In this document: positions 26,110 through 41,202 of the stretch, in pieces
How positions within the stretch are numbered: position 1 is the first letter of the stretch
Layout of the letters: every line of letters begins with the position of its first letter
NCBI RefSeq assembly: GCF_001194135.2
Contig: NC_068984.1
Span: forward strand, 3,682,472 to 3,746,176
DNA length: 63,705 bases
Direction of reading: 5' to 3'
Origin: Octopus bimaculoides
Lineage: Eukaryota
Program-made: the position numbers and the translations under genes
The notes under the pieces: model-generated
What the model saw: only the letters and a program-made list of their open reading frames with translations
What the model was told of the DNA's origin: nothing
The model's database searches: none

Positions 26110-26660
26110 AGGTGTCAAAATGCCAACATCATGGCTGCTGTTCAGTGCTCTGTGAACACTGCAGAGGCTGCAAGATGTGACATGGACAGCTGCAGTGAAG
26201 AGTATGAAACCATGGCCAGCAGGAAAAGACACAACAGATGTCTTGACTGTAGCCACACACCAGAATTCACCCCCACATCTTTGAACAGCACCTTTGGTTC
26301 CATTCGGATGGCTATATGAAGCTGCTAGACACTGTAGTCAAACTCCAACTGGAGAAGGCCATATGTGTGGTAGCAGGATTTTGGCTCTTTAACATGCCTC
26401 CAGAAAATGTCAGAAACAGAAGTTGGGGAATTTCTACGGCTTCACCAGCCCCAATTTCTGGCTTCCTAATCCCCACTGATTGTAATTCCACGGGTAATTA
26501 AGTGTCGGGTGCAGTTCAGAATGACACTAATTACTCTGCCTGTAACTCCAAGGAGAAGATGGTGGCCTAGACCAAGGAGGTATTTGAAGATTTTCACAGT
26601 CACATGGTGAGGAATGAATGCACCAAGTCCCAGAACCATTTGAGGCTGTGGTGGAAACTT
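26110..26660 (+). mobile_element. Degraded, internally deleted mariner-superfamily transposase remnant (maT/DD37D-like)
   Basis: Frameshifted translation reads GYMKLLDTVVK...RPYVW*QD...NFYGFTSPNFWLPN-PTDCNS...GAVQNDTNYSACNSK...KEVFEDF. This matches the QQD(S)AP...WPPxSPDxNPxD layout. The third catalytic residue is mutated, so the family call rests on similarity only. Confidence 0.75.
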
Positions 26661-28462
26661 CTTTAAGCAAATTGTTATCTCTTAGCCATAATCTAGTTGA
26701 TATGTTTTTGATTCTTTAATTGGAATTGTGTTTTCTTTTCTTTTATGCAAACAAACAAACACACACACATATACAGACATCTCAAAAGTAAATAGACACA
26801 CCTTATTATCTTGCACAAGCACAATTAAATTAGTACAAATTTAACAGGGTTAAATACTTAAAAAAACTACACAAGACATGTTTAAGTAAATACTAGATTA
26901 AGTATTTTATGCATCACATCACATTATTTTGTTTCTAGAAATAAATATTTAAAAAATGATGGTGTCTGTCTATTTTTCACATGTCTGTGTGCTTGTGTGT
27001 GTGTTTGTGAGCGTATATACATATTTGTGTGTGTGTGTATGGTGGCTGGGGACTGCTACTTCACACAAAACTACTGTAGTGTTTTGTTCCATCCCTTTAC
27101 ACCCTGGGTGACTGACTTCCATCCTTATGAGCTCAATCAAATACATACCAGGCAAAGTGCTGAGACTGATATCACTCATTTGAGAGAGGAAAATAAGCTG
27201 GTGCTCCAGCATGGCTATAATCCAAAGACTGAAAACAGGAAAAGCAAAGACAAAAAGAAGAAAATGTAGAAGCTCAAAATCACATCAAAATCATTGAATG
27301 ATTTCTAAGGAAGAACCTTACTTCGACTTTTCTAATGTTTGTCGACTAACTCTCATCTCTTACAACTTGTCTGTCTGTAAATATCACTGGTAACATGACA
27401 CTAGAATAACTATTTATTCCACAAACAACATTTGAGGGGGGGGGGGAAACTTATCTAAAAGGAAAAAAAAAAGGTCAAAGTTTATTTTAAAAGGCTTCGA
27501 ACCCTAACCTTACAAAGAGAGGGACAATGGTTTTTGATTCATCTAAAAGATACATCTAAGATGGCCAGACTAACACAGGAATAAATTCTGCTATATGCAT
27601 TGAGAAGATGCATAAAAGACAGTCTTTTATGAAGTGATAAAGACTCTGTTGAACAAAAATGGTAAGAAAAGATGAAGAGATAAAGAAAGGTAAACTATTC
27701 CTCAAGAGTTAATTATCATTTAACAGACACAGCAATGTGGTGTAGAGGTTAAAACTTATATGAAGAGGTTTAATTCCAATTGTTTTTTGTATAACAAGTT
27801 CAGACTTTATTTTTGAAACAAGATTTCTATATCCTCGCCTGAAACCTAATTGTATGTTACTGCTGTAAACAAGTGCCTGTGACAAATAATGTCTCAGATC
27901 TTCTTTAGATATCACAAACAGATAAAGATGATATAACAGAAAGTCAATTAGTTTCACAGGCTTATATTCTTTGAGAAGTAATATGGCAACAGTTAGATGA
28001 ATATAAAAACATTGGTGAATGTATTGAGAATTATTGACTGCTTGGAACCACTACAAAAGCCAAGAAGAACCATGTAAAATGTCAACAAGAAAAGCAGTTG
28101 GAAAGTATGTACAGGTTATGAAGGATGGAATATTGGCAGTGAGAAATAGTCATGGATTGAGGACAGTGTATAGAGAGAAAATAAGATGAGAAGATTTAAA
28201 TAGTAAATCTCATGAAGTACTCTTGAAATACACAACTGTCTATGAATACTCTGAGTAAACCATTAAGAAAAAAAAAAAAGAAAAATTAAAAACTGAAAGA
28301 AATATAAGAAATGAAATTCTACAAGTTTAGCCGAAATATGAAGAAGATTTCTCTTTAAAAATTCCTTTTTGAAATCAAATGTCTGCAATGGAAAGTATAA
28401 ACCATCTTGACAAACACAAGAACTATAAAGTTATATTAATACAATTCTTGACAATTCTATTT

Positions 28463-28496
<34 letters not shown>

Positions 28497-28886
28497 ATCA
28501 TTAAATTGGATAATCAGAGAACATGTGAATGAAGCAAGTAGCACTGATCAATGTATCTGGTTGGAATACTGTAGAAGAAACTGAACTCAGAACAGAAAGA
28601 CAATGAAACACTCGGTGATTTTACAGTGCTCCTAGTGCTGCATGTAACATTGAAATCTATTGTTACTGTAAACATTCCCAGTAAGGCAAACTTTGCCAAA
28701 CACAGCTGAATGTGATTAGTGACAAGATACAAACTGTTGGATCATCAACTGATAAACCAGTTCCATTTTAAACTGAGTCTCCCTAGCTCCAGTAACTTGT
28801 AGAATTAATACTTATAGGTATTAATTAATAATTCATATAATCAATGTTAATTTCTAAAATTACCAAGATAAATAGTGTACATGGGA

Positions 28887-28938
<52 letters not shown>

Positions 28939-29513
28939 ATACATTTCAATGGAAGGAAGTTGATGTAAAATAGTTTGTAGTTTGTTGAAGAACTTGAATA
29001 CAACATGAGAGTGAGAAGATGGCTATGATAATTATTTTGATGACCCTAGAGGAGGAATTAGATCAAAGAACCAATTTCAGAGTAGTCAAAACCAAAAAAA
29101 AAAAAAAAAAAGACAATTTAAGAATGGGATAAAGATTATAGGTAGTTTGTGATGGTTGACATTTTCATTAAGTAGAGAGATTTCTTTGGTAAAATCATGG
29201 CCTGTTCCAGAAATTGGAAACAGCATTGAAAGGCAAATTTTCTTAGTCATGTACAAACTCACTGTGGAATAAAGTTATACATAGCCATACATCATAAGTA
29301 ATTTGTTTTTACATCTATTTTTACAGGCTACAATGGATTATATGAATACATCTACACACACACACACACACACAGTTGTATAATGTGTAAAAATGCATAA
29401 CATATACACACATCCACCCATATATTTCCATACCAACGGCCTTTTAAAATACTACAGATTATTCATCATCATCGTCACTTAACATCTGTTTTCCATACTG
29501 GCATGGGTTAGAG

Positions 29514-29698
29514 CAGTGGTTCCTAACCTTTTCACTACCAAACGCCCCTTTTATTTAAATGACTTTTTCCATGGACCCCTTTTAATATGCTTATCCTTAT
29601 GTATATACATATATGAAATCTTAAATATAGTTCACGGACACCCAGTACTACCTTTGCAGACCACCAGTGGTTCACAGACCACAGGTTGGGAACCACTG
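29514..29698. mobile_element. hAT-type MITE inserted into a retroposon tail
   Basis: TIRs are CAGTGGTTCCTAACCT and AGGTTGGGAACCACTG. The 8-bp flanks ggttagag / ggttatat match at 6 of 8 positions. Confidence 0.85.
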
Positions 29699-32600
29699 GG
29701 TTATATGGTTTGACAGGAACTGGGAATGCTGGGAGCACACCAGGTTCTATTGTCTGTTTTGGCATAGTTTCTACAGCTGGATGCCCTTCCTAATACTAAC
29801 TACTTTACAGAATGTACTAGGTGCTTTTTATGCAGCACCAGCACCAGTATTTTTTGCATGGCACCAGCATCAGAACTTTCTAAGTGGTATTAAGCATATA
29901 AATATATCACTGTATCTTCTCATAAGTTGTTCATCTTCAAAATGAAAACTGAATGTGGAGTCACTCAACAGCTTTTGATCCAAACCTGAATTTTTTCTAT
30001 TTTAAATTGTTGACAAAACATGTCTGGAACTAAAGAGTTGAAGTTAATCAAAGACTGGTGCTGATCCTACATACAATTTTCAAGTATCCCTAATCAGTAA
30101 ATAGTCAGCAAATAACTAATAATTGCCATAAAGAGTGATATAATGTCTTTCACTCACTCAATCAATCAATAATTGTTGTTTTAGCTGCTGTCAACAAAAT
30201 TTTATTTTATTTTATTTTAGTTTTTAGTTTTTACCATTTAAATGTTGATAAACTTCCAAACTAAGAGAAATAAGAAGAAATGTTTCACTGAAAACATGGA
30301 ATTCTACAAAAGTTGGACTATCAAACCATTCTTTCATTTGTGGAAATTCTTTAGTCAAAATTTGGTGTCAGTGAATTTATAGATGCTGATGGGACATAAA
30401 ATTAATATAAATAAATAGATTTTAATTACAATATTATTTTGCCAATTTATTTTGAGATATTCCATGAAGCAAGTAGAAGTGAAATATGCTGCATTACTAA
30501 AAATACTGCCTCGTTTAAAAAGACATCTTTCTTGAAACATCAAAAATAGACCAACTACTAACGTTTATTATTCATATTATTGCAGTTGCAATTATTAGTA
30601 GTAGTAGCAGTAGTAGTAGGAATTTTAGTAGTAGTGGTAGTGTTATTGTTATTTATCTCTATCATACATATAAATCATCGTGTCAATGGCACAACAAAAT
30701 TTAGATTAAAACATAATAAGAAATTCTATTCTTCGATAATATAGTTTCCATTGAAATCTAAATATTTGGAGTTGTGACTTGGAATTATATATATATATAT
30801 ATATATAAATAAAACAATATTTTATCTGCTAATTCTGTAAGAATGGGCAATGTCCTTGACCAATGCAAACCCCTCTCAGATAGGTAAGGTGGATCTAAGA
30901 AAAAACATGATGAACAGAAAGATTTCAGTAAGTGGAAATAGGGGTTGGACACAAGAACTGTAATAAGAGTTGGAGAGAAGGGACTGGGTGGTGGGGAGAG
31001 TAAGCGGTGGGGATACAAGACCATCCAGTTCTGAGGAGTAAAATTTTAGTAACTGAGAGTAGAAGACTGCAAAAGCTAGATGAGTAATTGGTTGATAAAC
31101 CCCAACTACCTACTTCTCACTTCTGAATTCTATGTTGAGGGAGGGAGGTGTCCATTTGCAAATCTACTTCTATTGCCCCTACCACCACTACTACTGCTGT
31201 TGTTGTTGCTGATACTATTACCACCACCACAACAACAATAACAACATTTTATGGCTATTGGGAACATTGAGTAAAGTATAAGTTTGCAACTAATAGGAAA
31301 CATTTTATAAAAAGTCCAAGAACTGATGAACATAGAAATAGCAAACAATATTTAAAAGAAAAGCTAATTAGCCCTGAAGCATCAAAAATTAACAGAGGAT
31401 TGAATTTAAGGTGAAGAAGAACATTAGATTTTTATTTAGAAGGGACACAATTATGAAAACAGGAACCCCAGAAATACAGATTTTAAAATGAAGGTTAATG
31501 AAAGGATATGTGTGTATATTTAGAGACTGAAGCCCTAAAGACAATTGGCTAATGGAAATGCAGAGTTGATGGAAACACTAATGAATAATAGGTTAATAGT
31601 GTGGAAAAGCAGTGTTCAATCACTGTGTAAGATTTCATTTTAGCAGTTTGGAAGAGAAATTTCATTTCATTAACAAATGACTAAGAACAAAAAAGGATTA
31701 TTTAATAAAAAAAAAAAAGGTGAATGTTTGATTTTGTAAATAACAACATGACTGAATAACGAACGATAGAATCTTTAGAAAGAAACCCTGAAAACAACAG
31801 TCAAATTCTTTATTAAGAAAGAAATGATGATCATCATCATCATCAACAACATTATAAATAACAATATCACCAGAGACATTAGTTAACACATCTTGCATTG
31901 CCATAAACAACATGTAGGATATACATGCAGTCAGCATTCCTCACCCATTTTCATGGATCTCTACTGGCAGTTAGTGTAAATCTTTTATATTCAGTCCAGT
32001 TAGTCAGAGATCTGTTTACAATGAAAAGTTAATATAATTCGGAATAATTAAACTTCATCACAATTGAGAAATTGAAAACTAAAAGTATATTTTTTTCTTT
32101 TTTTAGTTTTGCCCCCCCCCCCCCAAAAAAAAAACAACGTATAAACTGATTGAAATCTTACATATCGTGTGACTAAAGATGAGTGTAGAAGTCACTCATA
32201 ACAACAACCAAGCGATACCAAGGTGCTTGGGATCTGAGCAACATTCTATGCAACAATAGATTGCATAAAACTTTCAGTTCCACAACGATTGAAGTACAAA
32301 GAATAACAAAGTGTGTGATTTCATTGAAAATTAATGGAATCATTTAATACCGATAATTAGCTCAGTTAGGAAATTAGATAATACTAATTAGAGTGAGCCA
32401 ATTATTATATTTTATCGTTAATTATTTAGTTTTTTAAACAAATCAAACATATAAAGACATAAGGTCTCCTAATTATTCAGAAATATCAACTTTAATGTCA
32501 GCATCAATAATTTGGTTCAAGCAAAATTGACAGATAAAGAATGGTAAGGTTTCTTTAAAGATTAAACTCTGTGTCATGAGTGACATAAAAAAAGATTAAA

Positions 32601-33508
32601 GATTAAACTATCTGTGTCAAGACTGACAGAAGTAAAGTTTGTTGATTTAACCTTCAAATTAACACCCTGCTTTAACCAGAAATTTCAATAAAAGTTGGAA
32701 ATATCTGATATTTGACATGAAGTGACTGATCCACCTGATTACACAAAGAGTAACAAGGAAAAATTGACCAAGTTGTTTACCATAAATTCTAAAAATTCAA
32801 AAAAAAAACAAAAAAAAACATTCTTTATTGAACACATATGTAACATGAAACTAAAGGCTTAACTTCAATGGCTCACCAATAATAAACATAGACAAGAGTC
32901 AACAAAGACTTTAAAATTTTATTGAAATGCTTGGGGTAGAAGTAAACACCTACATTATCTATTACTCATCATCATCATTTAATGTTCATTTTCCATGCTA
33001 GTATGGGTTGGATATTTGACAGGATCTAACAGGTTTTGAAGACTGCATTGTGCTCCGGTGTTTGTTCTGGCAGGGTTTCTATGGCTGAATTCCCTTCTTA
33101 ATACCTTTATAAAATGTAATGGGTGCATTTTACACAGCACCAACACTACTGAAGATATCATACAGTCTACAAGACTAAGATCCTTTTTGATTGGATGGGA
33201 CTAAAATAGAGATGGGGTGGCTTGATGCTTAAACACACAGTAGTTAGCAGGGGGGAAAAAAGGCCTACAACACTTGGAGAATTTCCCCCACTCACTGCCA
33301 AACAGTTTACCCAGGAGTGCAACTGATGTACAAAGGATGTCTATGTGCATCATATGGCCCTCAACCTATCTCACCTACCAAAACTGCAGCTGATCCCCAC
33401 CAACTTTGTAGAGTCATCTTTTCCTCTTTTTCTAAATAACAATGGCTTCATAAGTGATTCCTTCCATAGAGAAAATCTCTACTATTCATCTCACACATCA
33501 TAGTACAC

Positions 33509-33659
33509 CAGTGATCCCCAACCTGGGATCTGCAGACCCCTCGTGGTCTGCAAAATAGTACTGAGGGTCCATAAACTAAATTCAAAATTTCATAAGGATA
33601 AGCATATTAAAAGGGGTCCTTGGGAAAACTCATTTAGATAAAAGTGTTGGGAACCACTG
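33509..33659. mobile_element. hAT-type MITE, same family as 29514-29698 in opposite orientation
   Basis: TIRs are CAGTGATCCCCAAC and GTTGGGAACCACTG. The TSD tagtacac / cagtacac matches at 7 of 8 positions. The internal cataaggataagcatattaaaagggg is the reverse complement of the other copy's internal sequence. Confidence 0.85.
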
Positions 33660-34719
33660 CAGTACACAATTGGCCAATCCCTTCAGAATCCTCTGTTGTC
33701 TATTCCAAAAGGTTCTCCATTTTGCTTATACAGATGCTACACATAAAAATACTTTCTACTGTTTCAAACAAAGAGGCAACAGACCCTGACAATACCCCTT
33801 CCATCACACTTAAACATTGTACCCAGCACTTGCACCTATATTCACCAAATCATACTCGCCATCGCTTACTCCCTACACAACCCACCCTATCCTCCAGCTT
33901 TTCTCAATAACCCCTGTCACTAATCCCTTACCTCTTACTCATTCCTTACTATTTCCCCCCACCTTCTCACTTACCATCCATTATCTTTCTGCCTAGAAAA
34001 TCTCTCACTCTCTTTTATTCTTTCTCAATCGAAGGGGCCACTTTAAACCCTAGTTCTGCAAAATATTAGGTTATCTTCACTAGTGCTGGTGGCACAAAAA
34101 CAAAACACCCACTATGCTCTGTAAAGTAGATGATATTGGGAGGGGCATCCAGCAGTAGAAACCAGGCTAAAATCGGCATAGGCGTGTGGCACAGTCCTCT
34201 AACCATTCTGAGCCTATCAAACCATCCAAACCATTGCCTGCATGAAAGATGTTAAATGATGAAAATAACGATGAAGAAGAAATTTTACAATATAGAATAT
34301 GTGCTGCTGTAAAAGACAAAGCCTATGCAATCAGAAGCAATGTAGTTGTTCTCTGCAATCTACTAATTTCTAATTGAAGTAGAATCATATGTAGATTGGT
34401 CCTCTACTATTTCACTATATCTCTCTCACAAATATAAAGAATCACATTGAATAATAACTTTATAGAAGCATAAACAAAAAGACACATATATATGCACACC
34501 ATCCATAAAAATAGGTTTTTCTAATGCATTCTACTTAATATCTTACAATGACAGTAAAAAATGTTAAAACAGATGCAAACAGAAATATTCATATATATAT
34601 ATGCATATATATATATACACATACACATACACTATATATGTGTGTGTGTATACATTGACACACACACACATATATGCAAACATACATATACAAACATTAC
34701 ACACACAGAAACACACACA

Positions 34720-34783
<64 letters not shown>

Positions 34784-35322
34784 CATACATACACATGTAT
34801 TAAATATCATCAAAGACATCAAATATCATTATCTAAATGAATTTCATTACTATTTGTCTTACACCACCAGTCTCTGCTTTGTACACAATTTCTCTCTGGT
34901 TATTTCAATTGGTCGCTCACAGACAACAACACTGAAGCTACTTGCAATTTTCTCACTGAAACTTTAGAGCTGAACATTCAGAAAACCTTCAAAAGACAAG
35001 GTTTTCATCAGAAGCAGACATCTATTGTTACAACCAACTCCCCACCACCACATCACCACCGTCGCAACTACTTCGACTACTACCTTCTCCCCCTCCTCTT
35101 CATCCTCTCCCTCTTCCTCACCACTACACTTTATTTTTACTCTGAATGTTACAAATCTATTTTCAGGATCATAGCAATCAAACCCAATCAAAGCTGAAAT
35201 ACTTATTGATCTTTGTACATCAGAAATTTATGCAAAGATTAACGGATTTATTTGGAAGAATAAGGCCAAGAATAAATACTTGCATTGTAAAAGAATAATC
35301 CAAATTTCTCAACAGTAGTGGT

Positions 35323-35393
<71 letters not shown>

Positions 35394-35594
35394 TGTGCGT
35401 GTGCGTGTTTGTATACATATGTTGTATATATATATATTTATGTATGCATATATATTTGTATGTATATATATATGAATACACATAGAAATAATATTTAAGT
35501 ATATAGATAGATATATATATATATACTATACATACACACATGCGTGTGTGAGTGTGTGCGCATATATGTTTATATATGTATGAATGTGTGTATA

Positions 35595-35626
<32 letters not shown>

Positions 35627-35674
35627 CATATGTGTGTATATGTATATATGTGCATGAATACATGTATGTGTGTG

Positions 35675-35728
<54 letters not shown>

Positions 35729-36002
35729 CATACGTTCACCCACATGTTGTTATCATTTAACATCCCTTTGCCATACTGGCAGAGGTTGGGCAGTTTGACA
35801 GGATCCAATAAGTCCCACGACTGCATTGTGCTCCAATGTCTTCTTTGCAATGACATCTATGGTTGGATGCCTTACATAATGCCAACCACAGCCACTTTAC
35901 TACAGCATGTGTGATTGTGTGTGTAAAACAAATGAAAAACAGGATGATAAAGAAAATGGAATTCATGAAATTCTTTATTAATCACAACGATCGTTTCAAC
36001 CC

Positions 36003-36041
<39 letters not shown>

Positions 36042-36666
36042 CTTGTGCATTTCATGCAAGCATGCAAAAATGGACACTGTGAGAATTATATACACTCACA
36101 CACTATGCAGCCATTCTTACCAAAGAGGGAGTTTAGTACAATTAATCTTTAAATGAGGGCGAACAAGAAAGGTTTTGTAAGGTTAGAAAAAGAAAAGGTT
36201 ATACATTGAGAGAAAGGGTCACAGATGACTAAATTGACTCTATTTTATACACACAGAAAGGATGAACTGTAATGTTAACTGAAGTGAGATTTGAACTTGG
36301 AGCATAAACGTTTAAAAGTAATTACAGATAAGTACTTTGTATAGGATTCCCAATAAAGGCAAGAAGTATAGAAACCATTCTACACAGTAGCATGTTAATA
36401 ACAAAAGTAAGAACTTGATCTCACTTGAGACCATCTTGGAGTGCAGCAGCACATATTAAAGTCACAAGAATGGAACAAACTTCTTCTTCAGTCATTTATT
36501 TAAATAAGAGAACAGAAAAACTACAAGAGAATTTAATATTTCATATCTCATGATGAATGGTAAATTTAGACTTAAATAGACATTTGGTCTTGAGCTTTCT
36601 AACGTCACAATATATACATACACACATGGATATGGATATATATATATATATATATATTTCGATGAA

Positions 36667-36713
<47 letters not shown>

Positions 36714-37599
36714 TATAAACACATACATACGTAATAAATATATATATATATTTACATGCTCAGTGTTCTTGAATTAGTTTAAACCATTCCATTTTAACCA
36801 TTTTGGAAAATTGCCGTAGAAAGAGAAAGAAAGAGGAGAGAGTGAGTGAGAGAGAGAGAGATAGAGAAAGTGAGAGAGAGATAGAGAGAGAGAGAGTGCA
36901 CAAATAAACATGTGTAGAGATATAGACATATATTAAGCAACTGAAGAAGATATTATATGATGTTTTAAACATACGTTTATCAATAAATCGCAATGTATAT
37001 AAAATAACTGCTAGATTCAAAGTGACTCATTAGCAGAAAATAGAAAACATGCAATTTATTTGCCATGAATCAAACATTCAGATGCAAATATTTGCTTAGA
37101 TTTTATATAAAAAGAAACGGAAAGCAACTGTCGACGAAAATACAAATCCATACGTTTAGTAAGTGAAAGGTCACAGTTAAAGTTATATAAATATCATCAT
37201 TTTTCCTTAGTATTGACCTTTTGAATATTAGTATTTCGAGAAGTTGAAACAAAGTCTAAGATTGTCTTTATCCAAATGAACAGCACTGATCATTGGTTAA
37301 TCTCACTAATTAATTCCATGATAAATCTACTCTACCTTCTCATAATTACAAAACAGTCCATACTTTGATCAAAGTCTCTCTTTTAGATTTAAATAATAAA
37401 CAAAGTGGAAAGTAAAATCATCTCTTCTCTTTACCTGTTGCAGAACTTTGCCATTCCCCCTCCCCTCATTACAAGGCTAGACAATAACATCAACAACAAA
37501 ATACTATACATGCATATCTGGTTGGGTGATTAAGTTCATGCATGATTTCAATCATTGAACCAAGGAAACCTCACCGTATCACACTCCCTCTAATTATGA

Positions 37600-38170
37600 G
37601 CAGCACTCAACCTAGATTTACTCTAAATTCTGGTCTGTATATCACCAAGGATCTTTCCTGGAGAAAGCACATCAGTAGCAGAGCTTAAACAGTATCCCAA
37701 AAAGAAGGTCTTCTCTTGAGGGCCAAAAGATAATTCAGAACCTTACAGCTGCTAAAGCTCTCTCAGGCTCAAGTGAAGCCCACAACAAAGCTCTGCATCT
37801 GGGAAAGGGTTCCTTCTATGCACACTGATGTCTTGGATCACATCCAGAGAAGGACTACTCAGCTAACAAACATTTGGTTCACTATCAGACATCAATCTCT
37901 GGCTTGCAGACAAGCTCTTTCTCCCTCCTCCTCTCTCTCTCCCCTACTATAATAATCTCTGCTCTTCAAAGCTAACTGGTTTTATTCTTCCCCCACACAG
38001 GGACTTCTGACCTGTCTGTCTCGTCACTCCTTGTTAGCCCCACCTCCTTCCCTACACTAACTGCCATTCTCAATCCTTCAGCCTCAGAATACTGGTTCTC
38101 TGGAGTCTCTTCCTTCTAAGTGTTGATCGACCTGCAATGGTTTAAATGGAACTTTAGCAGCATCAATTTC
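37600..38170 (+). mobile_element. Degraded CR1/Jockey-group LINE, C-terminal part of ORF2
   Basis: Translation reads GLYITKDLSWRKHISS...VSQKEGLLLRAKR...LLKLSQAQVKP...VLDHIQRRTTQL...VDLQWFK, which matches the post-RT region of CR1-like LINEs. It contains several stops. Confidence 0.7.
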
Positions 38171-38956
38171 CAAGGGTCTGCAAAAGTGATGGGCTTGCAA
38201 ACCTTTCCTCCAAACATGCCAAGTAAAAGAACAAAATACCGGTGGTGGGTTTTCATTAACAAACCAAGAGTTCTCCACAATGAGTTATCACAGTTCACTA
38301 AATTGACAAAAATATATTAATTCCAGTTCTAATCAACTTTAAAAGACTTTAAAGAAATAAAATGTATTTCTCACATTGGCAAAAAAATAATACAGTTTTA
38401 GATTATGAAATTTAATACCCCAAAGTGTAAGGAAACATTTAAAAAGTTCTCTTCCTCCACACACACACACACACACACACACCCTGCCCATGAGTTGGGG
38501 GAGCAAAAGAAAGAACATGAGCTACAGACAGACAGACAGGCAACTACACAATCCAAAACAGACGGTGGGAGGGGGACCATATGACAGCTTCATTCCATAT
38601 GTGGCAACATAGACCAATCAATGTTGCAACAATAAAGATAAGGGTGGGTGTGCGCATGTGTACACCTGTCTGTTTATAATTTATCTCTCTGAAGGTATAG
38701 AGGTTTATTTATTAACCATGTTTAGTATGGCAACAATAGTTACAAATATGAATACATTTAATATATTTACACCGGAGGCTCTTTTCTTTTATTAAAGATT
38801 AGATTTTTTTAAAAATTGCTTTAAATTACTTGAATTTGCTGTAAAGAAATTTAATGAATCAGCCCCTATAATTATTTGTTTTAAGTTTTCTGCTTATTCT
38901 ATAGTTCTCTTTTGCAAAAATGCTAATTTACAAAGATGTAGTAGGGGACAAACACA

Positions 38957-39037
<81 letters not shown>

Positions 39038-40868
39038 CAGGCTTCTTTCAGTTTCTGTCAGAAAAATTAACTCAAAAGGCCTTGGTTGGCCCGAGGTACA
39101 GCAGAAGACACTTGTCCAAGGTGCTACACAGTGGGACTGAACCCAGAGTCATGTGGTTGAAAAGCAAACTTTTTACCACACAGCCGTGTATATATATGAT
39201 TGTGTATATACAAATGCATATATAATATATAGATATTGTATTTGGCAAATCTCCTTTCCTGTTATTCAATCCAATGAACTTCATTGTATGAGGCTGAATA
39301 TTCCACAGACACTTGTGCCCTAAACATAAACCTCAAGCAGAATCACTGTGATAGTGTATGACAAAGTAGGCTCTTTGAACCCCAGGCACAGTTCATTTAA
39401 CAGGCTTCCACACTGTTTCCATCAACCAAATTTCAAGTACCATGGCCTATGTTAATCTGATTGTAGAAGACACCTGTCCGCAGTCAGATCATCAGATCAA
39501 ACAAACTTGTTTAATGTCAGAATCTTATACTTCTATACTGGTTTAATGTTTACAAATATGGACTTAATATGTGTGTAAGTATTATGTAGCCATCATGCAC
39601 ACAAAGAAAATCATGTTAATTTCTCCAAGTTACATTTGTTGATGTCACTGCATTTCTTAAATCAAATTAAATTAAAGCACTTAGCTTTTTTATATTTAAT
39701 CCTTTATCAAATAAGAAAGCTTCTGGAGTAAATATTTTGATGACATTCTTATTTATGTCTGTTATTTCCACATTAAATAGCATTAATAAACAATACTGTT
39801 GACTAAGACATCATAGTAAGGACTTGGAAATATCTTGCCCAGGGCTCAAAAGTCATCCTCTCAGTAAACAAAATATGGATATTTTGAAAGTCATTCCTTC
39901 CAGTCAAATCTTATAAGCAAGCCTTTGTTGATCTTCCATTTATATTTATTCCTGCTGACACATTTCACTCACACAGTTTTGGTTTATTCATTTTCCATTA
40001 TTTACTTATTTTATAAACCACACAGCTTCCCAATAACAGCTTAAACACACACACACACACACACACACAGAGCTAATCACAAAACCTTTTATAATAGTAG
40101 AAATAATATACACAAAGCTGCAGAAGGTCTTCTATAAAATTACTCCTCTTCATCTTCATAAAGCTATTCATAGTCTACACTAACTCCCACCACTACTCAC
40201 AAATAGTGGCAGGAGTGTGAAAAATAAAGGAGTCTAAAAATACTCTTTTATGCTCCCTCTTTTTACCACATCTACTCATTTTAACTCTTCTTCTCTCTAC
40301 ATTATACATACTCCACATCCTTAAAAGGCCATTCATTACATTCTTCATCAATTATCCCCGAGAGAGAGAAATCATATTGGATGATATAAACACCTAGAAT
40401 GATAGGATGGCCGTGGGTGGATTGTCACTGATCATAGCTCTAGTTAATTAGGGTTAATCTTAGTCAATACAACAACAATACAGATGAAACTATACTGATG
40501 CTAAATGTCTCTGTTGCAACCATTGAAAACAGCCATCGACAGAATGATGCAATATTAACCAACAGGAGGAAATAAAAAAATATTCTCTGAGAAAGTGTTT
40601 ACCATAAACCAGTCGACCAATTGTATAGGTTCAATATTAAACTAAACCTCTGGGTCCGAGACTCATTTATTGTTTACACAAACTGAGTAGATACAGTAGA
40701 CAAGAGGGTAGGTGCCATTGTCTTGAGCAAATTTATCAAATCCCCTGCAATATCTACTCAAGTCAAAGGTACCTACCTATTTTGAATAGTACCCACTCAT
40801 TGCTAACTCCACATCAACTCAAGACAATGGTCCCGACACACTCCCCTCGGTGTCTTTTATCTGCTTAT

Positions 40869-40906
40869 ATCCAAGAATACGGTTCAAGTGATGTCTGTTA
40901 TTGATG
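40869..40906. repeat. 13-bp tandem repeat TGATGTCTGTTAT x3
   Basis: Read directly from the sequence. Confidence 0.9.
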
Positions 40907-41155
40907 TCTGTTATTGATGTCTGTTAAAGTAGGTAAGTATTTTGGAAATGCCCAAAATACTTCATCTCTACAAGGGTACCACATTTTAGATGATCTTGAG
41001 TCAGGATAGTAACCTTTTAATAATATAAATATTTATGAAGTCATTACTATTTTTACAAGTTTTACATGATTTTGAAAAAATCAATTAAGATTCATTATAA
41101 ACTTAATTGACAATACAAAAATATTTCTTATCTAGCACCAATATACATACATACA

Positions 41156-41202
<47 letters not shown>

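Noticed and set aside
38560-38625. Two CATATG E-boxes, a CArG-like site and a CCAAT box
   Set aside because: These short motifs are expected by chance, and there is no evidence of a transcription start.
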